From the IMG/VR virus record IMGVR_UViG_3300044615_000441, positions 1-26,239 of that record: DNA of 26,239 bases, one strand, 5' to 3'. Within the stretch, counting starts at the first letter, position 1. The number at the start of each line of letters is the position of its first letter. Made by a program: the position numbers and the translations under genes. Positions 1-7,327 of this stretch are shown here, in pieces. The notes under the pieces are model-generated. The model was not told the origin of the DNA, searched no databases, and saw nothing but the letters and a program-made list of their open reading frames with translations. The DNA is from a virus. Taxonomy: Duplodnaviria; Caudoviricetes.

Positions 1-738
1 AAGGTCCTGTTCCTGGTGAACCCGAACGGGCTCACCCGTCCCGAGGTCCTAGCTCGCAGCCCGAACGGTGCGATCCGGGAGGGCATGGCTACCGATGTCA
101 CGGTCGTTCAAGTTCAGAAGCAAGCGGATCTCGGTGTGGCGTTTCAGACTGTCGGTGCCATCCGAGAGCGGCTCAACTACGCTTTCCTCCTCGCGGAAAG
201 TACTATTCGCGATGCTGAGCGTGTTACCGCGGAGGAAGTCCGTCTCACGACGGCGGCGGTCGAGCGGCAGCTAGGCGGCATCTACTCGGTGCTCAGCCAG
301 GAGTTCCAGCTCCCGCTGGTGAACCGGCTGCTCGACGTGATGAGCAAGGCCAAGCGGCTCCCCAAGGTGCCGAAGCAGTACGTCAAGCCGCTCATCGTCA
401 CGGGCGTGGATGCCCTCGGCCGGGGCAACGACCTCCAGAAGCTCGACGCCTTCCTGGCCGGCATCCAGCAGACCCTCGGGCCCGAGGCCGTCGCCCGCTT
501 CGTGAACGTCTCGGAGTACATGGCCCGCCGTGCGGCCGCCCTGGGCATCGACCCGAAGGGGCTGGTCCGCACCGAGGAGGACATGGCCGCCGAGGCCCAG
601 AACGAGCAGGCCATGGCCATGACCCAGAAGCTCGGCGGACCCGCCATCAACGCAATCTCGAAGGGGGTCACGGAAGGCTCCCTCGATCCCTCCCAGCTCG
701 CGAATGCCGCGTCGATGATGACGCAGGCGCAGCAGTAA
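1..738 (+). CDS. Portal (head-tail connector) protein, T7 gp8-like, 5'-truncated
   Basis: Frame is open from base 1 (KVLFLVNPNG...). It has the T7-type portal motifs RDAERVTAEEVR, LGGIYSVLSQEFQLPLV and TGVDALGRGNDL, and lies directly before scaffold and capsid. Confidence 0.95.
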   Translation, partial: KVLFLVNPNGLTRPEVLARSPNGAIREGMATDVTVVQVQKQADLGVAFQTVGAIRERLNYAFLLAESTIRDAERVTAEEVRLTTAAVERQLGGIYSVLSQEFQLPLVNRLLDVMSKAKRLPKVPKQYVKPLIVTGVDALGRGNDLQKLDAFLAGIQQTLGPEAVARFVNVSEYMARRAAALGIDPKGLVRTEEDMAAEAQNEQAMAMTQKLGGPAINAISKGVTEGSLDPSQLANAASMMTQAQQ

Positions 739-744
739 GGAACC

Positions 745-1416
745 ATGGAAACCTCAGTCGAAACCGTCCAGATCACTCCCGAGGAGGCCGCGAAGGTCAC
801 CCAGGAAGCCGCCGCCGAGAAGGCCGCCCCGGCACCGGAACCGCAAGTCGAGGAGCAGGCAGAGACCGCTCCCGCCGAGGCCGATCCTCCCAAGGACCTG
901 AAGGTCCCGGACCCGCCGAAGGAACCCAAGAGCCCGGCGGACAGGTTGTCCAAGTTCTCCGAGGAGTTCTCCGCCGCCGGCAAGCTCAGCGACCAGAGCT
1001 ACGGCGAACTGGAGAAGCTCGGGTACCCGAAGGACTTCGTGGACACCTACATAGCCGGCCAGGTGGCGATCGCCGAGCGGGCCCAGCAGGAAGTGTTCAA
1101 CTCCGTGGGCGGCGCCGACTCCTACCGGAAGATGACCGAGTGGGCTGGGTCGAACCTGAGCGAGGACGAGGTCAAGGCGTACAACGCAGCCGTCGAGAGC
1201 GGCGACCGCAACCAGGTCATGTTCGCCGTCAAGGGACTCCAAGCCCGGTTCCAGTCGTCGCGTGAACCGCAGACCCTGACCGGATCCTCCTCGAAGGGTG
1301 CCCGCGGGTTCCGGTCCTCCGCCGAGCTGGTCGAGGCCATGCGTGACCCGAGGTACCAGAAGGACCCCGCGTACCGGGCCGACGTCGAGCGACGCATGGC
1401 CGTCTCCAACATCTGA
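745..1416 (+). CDS. Capsid assembly scaffolding protein, T7 gp9-like
   Basis: Acidic/Pro-rich N-terminus; VGGADSYRKMTEWA and C-terminal FRSSAELVEAMRDPRYQKDPAYRADVERR are typical of T7-type scaffolds; AAGGA RBS upstream. Confidence 0.93.
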   Translation: METSVETVQITPEEAAKVTQEAAAEKAAPAPEPQVEEQAETAPAEADPPKDLKVPDPPKEPKSPADRLSKFSEEFSAAGKLSDQSYGELEKLGYPKDFVDTYIAGQVAIAERAQQEVFNSVGGADSYRKMTEWAGSNLSEDEVKAYNAAVESGDRNQVMFAVKGLQARFQSSREPQTLTGSSSKGARGFRSSAELVEAMRDPRYQKDPAYRADVERRMAVSNI

Positions 1417-1425
1417 AAGGAACCC

Positions 1426-1626
1426 ATGAACGACAAGAACAAGAGCTGGAAGACCACCGCTTCCGGCATCGTCACCATCGTGTCCGGCCTGCTGTTCCTG
1501 TTCTGCCAGTTCACCGGGATCGACGCCCCCGTGGTGGCCGATGCCGCCGGTGCCCTGGCGATCCTGTCCGCCGGCCTGACCGGGCTGTTCGCCAAGGACG
1601 CGGCGGTCACCGGACTCCCGAAGTGA
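1426..1626 (+). CDS. Small two-TM membrane protein, putative holin
   Basis: 66 aa with a basic N-terminus (KNKSWKTT) and two hydrophobic segments; AAGGA RBS; directly followed by a spanin-like overlapping pair. Confidence 0.6.
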   Translation: MNDKNKSWKTTASGIVTIVSGLLFLFCQFTGIDAPVVADAAGALAILSAGLTGLFAKDAAVTGLPK

Positions 1627-1805
1627 TCTGGATCGTCAACTTCGCCAGATGGATTCTCGAACTCGTGGTCGGTCGGGTTGTTGACCATGCCAGCAAACCT
1701 GTACAAGCTCAGGATGCTCGCCCCGCTCCTGGCGACGTTCGCCGTCGCTTCATTGACCGGGTGCGAAGCAAAAAGAGTGGTGTTCGTCCACCCGACCGAC
1801 CATGA
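1623..1805 (+). CDS. Putative i-spanin (Rz-like), very short
   Basis: GTG start overlaps the holin stop (GTGA); hydrophobic N-terminus and basic C-terminus; overlaps a lipoprotein gene in another frame. Confidence 0.5.
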   Translation: MIWIVNFARWILELVVGRVVDHASKPVQAQDARPAPGDVRRRFIDRVRSKKSGVRPPDRP

Positions 1806-1944
1806 CCTAGTCAGGCTCGGCCCCGACGTCCGGGGCCGCGTCTATTACTGGAACGGCTCCCAGTGGGAGCTGTCCTCCAACTCCGTGCGGCTCCCCGTGG
1901 GGTGGTACGCCGGATATGCCCCGCCCGCGGGCGCGGACCGCTGA
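1687..1944 (+). CDS. Lipoprotein, putative o-spanin (Rz1-like)
   Basis: MPANLYKLRMLAPLLATFAVASLTG-C gives a basic n-region, hydrophobic h-region and LTGC lipobox. The start is embedded in the preceding ORF. Start chosen at ATG 1687; 1714 is an alternative. Confidence 0.6.
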   Translation: MPANLYKLRMLAPLLATFAVASLTGCEAKRVVFVHPTDHDLVRLGPDVRGRVYYWNGSQWELSSNSVRLPVGWYAGYAPPAGADR

Positions 1945-2061
1945 CCCCTCACGCCTGAACCGGCAAGCGACCGGGACCTAGCCGCGGCAGGTCCGCTGTA
2001 GCCCATCGGCGACGGCACCGTTGTCCATTCCCATTCGCAGACACTCACAAAGGTCTTTCCC

Positions 2062-3138
2062 ATGTCTGTTTCCACCGTCAGCTTCCTTGGCCAGGCCGAA
2101 GCCGCCAACGCCAAGGACGCGCTCTTCCTCAAGCTCTTCGCGGGCGAGGTCCTCACGACCTTCGAGACCGCGACCGTGATGAAGCCGCTTCACACGATCC
2201 GCACCATCACCTCGGGCAAGTCGGCCCAGTTCCCGGTGACCGGCGTCGCGACCGCCAGCTACCACACGCCCGGCGACGACGTCGCCGTCGATGGTTCGTA
2301 CCTGAACCAGATCAAGCACAACGAGCGGCTCATCGCGATCGACGATCTCCTGCTCGCCTCGACGTTCGTAGACAAGCTCGACGAGATGAAGAACCACTAC
2401 GACGTGCGTTCGATCTACTCGACCGAGCTTGGCCGGGCCCTCGCCAAGACGTTCGACAAGAACCTGATCGCGGTGGCGAGCCTCACCGGCGCTACCTACG
2501 GTGGCACGGACGGACAGGTGTTGACCGCTCGTGCCGGCGTGGCCGACAACCCGGCCGGGTCCTTCATCGCGTCCGACTTCGGGGCCACGAACACCACCTA
2601 TGGTGACATCCCGACCTCCAAGGCTTCCTCGTTCGTCAACGCCATGTACACCGCGGCGGCTACCCTTGACAAGAACAACGTCCCGACCGAGGATCGTTTC
2701 ACGATCGTCACCCCGGCGACGTATTACAACATCATCAACTCGAGCGACGGTCGCACTGTCATCAATCGCGACTTCGGCGGCGGCGGCTCGTTCCAGGAGG
2801 CCAAGATCGCCGAGATCGCTGGCATCCGTCTGGTGAAGTCGAACATCGCCGGACAGGTGTTCGGCCGCAACCTCGGTGACGCCAACGGCGCAACCAAGAC
2901 CGCGGGCTCCGGCGGCGTGAACAACGTCTACGGGGCGAACTTCAAGCGGGTCTGCGGCGTGGTCTTCCACAAGAGCGCCTTCGGCACCGTCAAGCTGATG
3001 GACCTCTCGATGGAGTCCGGCTACGACATGCGGCTCCAGGGTCACCTGATGATCGCCAAGTACGCGATGGGCAGCTCGTGGCTCCGGCCCGAAGCCTGCG
3101 TCGTCCTCGCTCACAACGCGGCCGTCGGTACCACCTGA
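2062..3138 (+). CDS. Major capsid protein, T7 gp10A-like
   Basis: ALFLKLFAGEVLTTF, RTITSGKSAQFPVTG, DEMKNHYDVRSIYSTELGRALA and KYAMGSSWLRPEA are hallmark T7-type capsid motifs. Confidence 0.97.
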   Translation: MSVSTVSFLGQAEAANAKDALFLKLFAGEVLTTFETATVMKPLHTIRTITSGKSAQFPVTGVATASYHTPGDDVAVDGSYLNQIKHNERLIAIDDLLLASTFVDKLDEMKNHYDVRSIYSTELGRALAKTFDKNLIAVASLTGATYGGTDGQVLTARAGVADNPAGSFIASDFGATNTTYGDIPTSKASSFVNAMYTAAATLDKNNVPTEDRFTIVTPATYYNIINSSDGRTVINRDFGGGGSFQEAKIAEIAGIRLVKSNIAGQVFGRNLGDANGATKTAGSGGVNNVYGANFKRVCGVVFHKSAFGTVKLMDLSMESGYDMRLQGHLMIAKYAMGSSWLRPEACVVLAHNAAVGTT

Positions 3139-3156
3139 CCTGACTGACAACTGAAC

Positions 3157-3195
3157 GGGCCCGGTCCCTTGAGTGGGACCGGCCCTATTTCCCTT
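3157..3195 (+). terminator. Intrinsic terminator after the capsid gene (position equivalent to T7 T-phi)
   Basis: Hairpin GGGCCCGGTCCC-TTGAGT-GGGACCGGCCC (11 bp with one bulged C), followed by TATTTCCCTT. Confidence 0.75.
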
Positions 3196-3226
3196 ACGAC
3201 TCCGCCAAAACGCCTACGGAGAGACC

Positions 3227-3826
3227 ATGCCGCTCGGAACCACATCCAAGCTCCAGGCCATCAACATGATGCTGGGGACGGTGGGCACCGCCCCGATCAA
3301 CTCGCTGACCGGGGCCAACTCCGCCGACGTGGCCATGGCCCAGAACATCCTGGACGAGATCTCGGTCGCGGTCCAGTCGCAGCGGTGGCACTTCAACACC
3401 GAGACCGAGGTCGAGATGTCGCCCGACTCCTCGAACGGATCCATCGCGATCCCGCCGAACGCTCTCACGGTGGACGTGGACGACACCGTCGAGACCGATG
3501 TCGCCATCCGGGGCGGGCGGCTCTACGACAAGAAGACCCACTCCTACGTCTTCACCGAGCCCGTCAAGGCCAAGATCACCTACGCACTCGAGTGGGACGA
3601 CCTGCCCCAGGCGGCCCGCCACTACATCTCGATCCGTGCGGCTCGAGTCTTCCAGGACCGATCGGTCGGGAGCGAGAAGCACCATGCCTTCACCCTGCGT
3701 GACGAGATGATGGCCCTGGCCACCCTGAAGGACTACGAGGGCGAGACCGCCGACCACTCGATCTTCGACCACCCCTCGGTCTCCCGCGTCATCGACCGCC
3801 GCTACCCCTACCGAGTCATCGGCTGA
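3227..3826 (+). CDS. Tail tubular protein A, T7 gp11-like
   Basis: SKLQAINMMLGTVGTAPINSL, VQSQRWHFNTE and WDDLPQAARHYISIRAARVFQDR. True start is probably ATG 3227 after GGAGA, not the tracked 3173. Confidence 0.93.
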   Translation: MPLGTTSKLQAINMMLGTVGTAPINSLTGANSADVAMAQNILDEISVAVQSQRWHFNTETEVEMSPDSSNGSIAIPPNALTVDVDDTVETDVAIRGGRLYDKKTHSYVFTEPVKAKITYALEWDDLPQAARHYISIRAARVFQDRSVGSEKHHAFTLRDEMMALATLKDYEGETADHSIFDHPSVSRVIDRRYPYRVIG

Positions 3827-3829
3827 ACC

Positions 3830-6349
3830 ATGGCACTGCTCTCCCTGACCATCCCGAACATGCTGAACGGGGTGTCGCAGCAGCCCGACCAGCTGCGGTT
3901 CCCCAACCAGGGTGACATACAGGAGAACGGCTACAGCTCCGTCGTGGACGGGCTGGCCAAGCGGTACCCGACCGAGCATGTCGCCCGCGTGGTCACGGGT
4001 GCGGTCGGTCCCTGCAAGGTCCATACGATCGTCCGGGACGACGCCGAGCGGTACGTCGTGGTCGTCACCGACAACGAGATCCGGGTGTTCGACGAGAACG
4101 GCGTCGCCCAGACCGTCACCTATGCGACCGGGGCGAGGGACTACATCAACCTGGACACCGGGCAGGACCCGTCCAAGGTGTTCAAGCTGTGCACCGTCGC
4201 CGACTACACCTTCATCGTCAACACCTCGAAGACGGTGGCGATGGACACCGCGACGACCGCGGCCCTGACCGAGCAGTCGCTGATCTGGGTCCAACAGGGG
4301 GCGTACAGCACCAAGTACGCAGTGGCCGGGACTCCCAGCGGAAGCCACACGACCGGAGCCGGGAACAACCAGGTGACCGCGACGGTCGATGGGGAATCGT
4401 TCACGTCCGTGTCCGAGGCCGACACCACCTACATCGCCGCCAAGCTGTCTACTGCCCTCACCCTGCCGACCGGTGCCACGAAGTCCCGGTCGGGATACGC
4501 CATCCGGATCGCCAAGGGGACCGCTTCCAGCATCGTGATGAGCGTGACCGACGGCGTCGGGGGCGGGGGCCTGAAGCTCGTGACCAAGAGCGTGCCCTCG
4601 ATGGAGTCGCTGCCTGAGCTTGCCCCCAAGGGGTTCAAGACCGAGATCGTCGGCAGCGAGTCCGGCAGCGAAGACAACTACTGGGTCGAGTTCGACAACG
4701 ACCAGGCGTCCGCCGGCGACTTCGGCAAGGGATCGTGGGCCGAGACGGTCGCTCCCGGGGTCGCCTACAAGCTCAACGCATCCACGATGCCTCATGTGCT
4801 GGTGCGGACCTCTGTCAACTCGACCACGGGCATCGCCACCTTCGAGCTCCAGAAGGGTACCTGGGCGGACCGCGAGGTCGGAGACACCACGTCCAACCCC
4901 GACCCCTCCTTCGTCGGCGAGAAGATCAACCAGGTGTTCCTGTTCCGGGGCCGGCTGGGGCTCCTCGCGGGCGAGAGCGTGGTCCTGTCCGAGTCCGCCG
5001 AGTACTTCAACTTCTGGCGGACCACGGTCACGGCGGTGCTGGATTCCGATCCGATAGACGTCACGAGCGGGTATCCGGCCGTCACCACACTTCGCCACGC
5101 CATCCCGTTCGACGACCGCCTCGTCATCTTCTCCGACCGGGTCCAGTTCGTGCTGACGGCACCGAACGTGCTGACCCCGTCGTCGGTGCTGATGAACGTG
5201 GTCGGCAGCTACGAGAGCCTGCCGGGTGCCGCCCCCATCCTGGTCGGCGAGCAGATCTACTACGGGTTCGACCGCGGCGGCCACAGCGGGGTCCGGCAGG
5301 TCGTCGCGAACGCCGAGGACACCGCACTCCTGCTGTCGCCGGACATCTCGGCGAACGTGCCCAAGTACATCAAGGGGAAGGTCACGGAGCTGGTGGGGTC
5401 CTCGCACGACAACATCGTCGTCGCCATGACCGACTACGACCCGTCGGTGCTGTACGTCTACAAGTGGCTGGACATCGGACGGGACCGGGCCCAGTCGAGC
5501 TGGAGCTCATGGACCTTCACCGGGGCTTTCGTACGCGGGGCCAGCTGGATCGAGTCCACCCTGTACCTGGTCATCGAGCGGCCGCAGGGGCTGTTCCTGG
5601 AGAAGATGACCGTCGAGCCGAACCGGGCCGACCCGCAATCGAAGTTCGTCGCCGCCCTCGACCGCCGCACCGTCCCGACCTCGAAGACCTACAACGCGAC
5701 GACGAACCAGACGACACTGAACCTGCCGTACAACGTCCACAACTCCGCCCGGATGCGGGCGGTCACCCAGGCGGTCGAGCAGAGCCAGGACTACGACTTC
5801 GGTGCCAACTGGTCGCAGCCGGCACTGGACCTCGACGGCAACTCAGCGAACATCGACCTGAACTTCCTAGTCAGCACCCGCGAAGGCGGCTACCTGTTCA
5901 GGGTCGTCTCCGCGTCCGGCTCCACCATGGTCATCTCGGGGAACGCCATGGACCGGCCCGTGTGGGTCGGGGAGACCTACGACTTCCGCTACCGCTTCTC
6001 GATCCCGTACCTCCGGCAGGACCAGGAGCGGACCGGCACCTCGATCACCACGGGGCGGCTCCAGCTCAGGAACATGTCGGTCCGGTACGCCAACTCGGCC
6101 TATTTCAAGGCCACCGTGACGCAGCGGTTCGGTGGGGGATCCTACGAGAGCCTGTACACCGGGAACCTGCTGGGAACCGGGCAGTCGATCATCCACGGCA
6201 TCACGATCGACAGCGGCAGCTTCCGCATCCCGATCCTGGCTCGCAATGACGAGGCGGTCATCGAGCTCACCTCGGACTCGCACCTCCCGTGTGCGTTCGT
6301 CGGGGCCGAGATCGAGGCGACCTACGACGCGAGGACCCAGCGTGTCTGA
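3830..6349 (+). CDS. Tail tubular protein B, T7 gp12-like
   Basis: IPNMLNGVSQQPD N-terminus, VGDTTSNPDPSFVG, FFRTT-like FNFWRTTV...DSDPIDV and QSSWSSWTF; 839 aa; synteny. Confidence 0.95.
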   Translation: MALLSLTIPNMLNGVSQQPDQLRFPNQGDIQENGYSSVVDGLAKRYPTEHVARVVTGAVGPCKVHTIVRDDAERYVVVVTDNEIRVFDENGVAQTVTYATGARDYINLDTGQDPSKVFKLCTVADYTFIVNTSKTVAMDTATTAALTEQSLIWVQQGAYSTKYAVAGTPSGSHTTGAGNNQVTATVDGESFTSVSEADTTYIAAKLSTALTLPTGATKSRSGYAIRIAKGTASSIVMSVTDGVGGGGLKLVTKSVPSMESLPELAPKGFKTEIVGSESGSEDNYWVEFDNDQASAGDFGKGSWAETVAPGVAYKLNASTMPHVLVRTSVNSTTGIATFELQKGTWADREVGDTTSNPDPSFVGEKINQVFLFRGRLGLLAGESVVLSESAEYFNFWRTTVTAVLDSDPIDVTSGYPAVTTLRHAIPFDDRLVIFSDRVQFVLTAPNVLTPSSVLMNVVGSYESLPGAAPILVGEQIYYGFDRGGHSGVRQVVANAEDTALLLSPDISANVPKYIKGKVTELVGSSHDNIVVAMTDYDPSVLYVYKWLDIGRDRAQSSWSSWTFTGAFVRGASWIESTLYLVIERPQGLFLEKMTVEPNRADPQSKFVAALDRRTVPTSKTYNATTNQTTLNLPYNVHNSARMRAVTQAVEQSQDYDFGANWSQPALDLDGNSANIDLNFLVSTREGGYLFRVVSASGSTMVISGNAMDRPVWVGETYDFRYRFSIPYLRQDQERTGTSITTGRLQLRNMSVRYANSAYFKATVTQRFGGGSYESLYTGNLLGTGQSIIHGITIDSGSFRIPILARNDEAVIELTSDSHLPCAFVGAEIEATYDARTQRV

Positions 6350-6791
6350 CGCATACGTCGATGTCGTCCGTGACGGGGACTGGAAGCGTGTCCTTACGGA
6401 CATGAGATCGGCAGACCGGGCGGAGGTGGCCGCGTTGGGGGTGGATGCCGAGACGGCGCTGCGAGGGTCGATCGAGCTGAGCGAGGCCGTGTACACGATC
6501 CGGCAGGGCGACGACGCCCTGGGGATGTTCGGTGCCGGCTCGAACGGTGCCGTGTGGCTGCTCGGGACCCCGGGCATCGAACGCATCCGGTTTCGCTTCC
6601 TGCGGGGGTGTGCCCCGTGGATCAACGCGCTGCACGCGGTCTCCCCGATCCTCTGGAACTGGGCCGACTCGCGGAACACCCTCCACCTGCGGTGGCTACG
6701 GTGGCTCGGGTTCAGGCTCGGCGTGGAACGCCCCATCGGGGTCAACGGCGAGATGTTCATTCACTTCATCAGGACCAAGGAACATGTGTGA
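6342..6791 (+). CDS. Internal virion protein A, T7 gp13-like (DUF2833/GNAT-like)
   Basis: GTG start at 6342 after GAGGA; MRSADRAEV, VWLLGT and LWNWADSRNTLHLRWLRWLGF motifs; synteny. Confidence 0.85.
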   Translation: MSDAYVDVVRDGDWKRVLTDMRSADRAEVAALGVDAETALRGSIELSEAVYTIRQGDDALGMFGAGSNGAVWLLGTPGIERIRFRFLRGCAPWINALHAVSPILWNWADSRNTLHLRWLRWLGFRLGVERPIGVNGEMFIHFIRTKEHV

Positions 6792-7326
6792 GATCACGAC
6801 GGCACTGGCGGGGATGACCCTGGCTGGGGCCATCGCCACACCGATCATCCAGGCGAGGGGCCAGAAGCAGCTCGCCGACGCCAACAACCAGACCGCGAAC
6901 CAGGCTTACCAGGTCAACCTCCAGCAGGTCGCCTTGCGTCAGCAGCAGGAGCGTGACCGTGCGGCACAGGAGATCGACGCGGTCGCCCGAAGGTCCCTCC
7001 AGGCGAGCTCGGCCTCGTTCGCCTCGGCAGCCGATTCCGGCGTCATGGGCAAGTCCCTCGACGCGATCATGGCCGACTACCGCCGACGCGAACTCGAGTT
7101 CGTGGACCGGACCCAGCGGCAGGTGCTGTCGAGCACATACCAGCTGGAGATGGAGAAGCGGGGTCTGCAAGCACAGACTCGAGGGCGGATGCTGACCGGC
7201 CCGAACCCGTGGGCGGTCGGCATGGAATCGTTCGGTGCCGGTGCCAACGTGCTGGCCAACACCAACTTCGCCAACGCACTGGGCATCCAGTGGAACCGCA
7301 ACGTCCGGCCCGCAGAAGACTATTGA
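6784..7326 (+). CDS. Internal virion protein B, T7 gp14-like
   Basis: MCE start (MC- is typical of gp14), hydrophobic Ala/Gly N-terminus, Gln-rich helical middle and SGVMGKSLD motif; AAGGA RBS. Confidence 0.8.
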   Translation: MCEITTALAGMTLAGAIATPIIQARGQKQLADANNQTANQAYQVNLQQVALRQQQERDRAAQEIDAVARRSLQASSASFASAADSGVMGKSLDAIMADYRRRELEFVDRTQRQVLSSTYQLEMEKRGLQAQTRGRMLTGPNPWAVGMESFGAGANVLANTNFANALGIQWNRNVRPAEDY

Positions 7327-7327
7327 C

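Noticed and set aside
3194-3215. TTACGACTCCGCC resembling the T7 promoter core (TACGACTCAC)
   Set aside because: Only a partial match, and I found no repeated 20-23-bp phage promoter consensus upstream of other genes in the window.
3194-5407. 737-aa minus-strand ORF (also 1978-3150, 10210-11799, 15469-17157, 18028-19434, 19854-21098 and 23153-24154)
   Set aside because: Antisense shadows of real genes. High GC3 codon bias removes stops on the opposite strand, and the products have no recognisable motifs.
4735-6249. 504-aa alternate-frame + strand ORF and similar Arg/Pro/Gly-rich overlapping ORFs
   Set aside because: Off-frame reading of GC-rich coding sequence, with low-complexity R/P/G composition.
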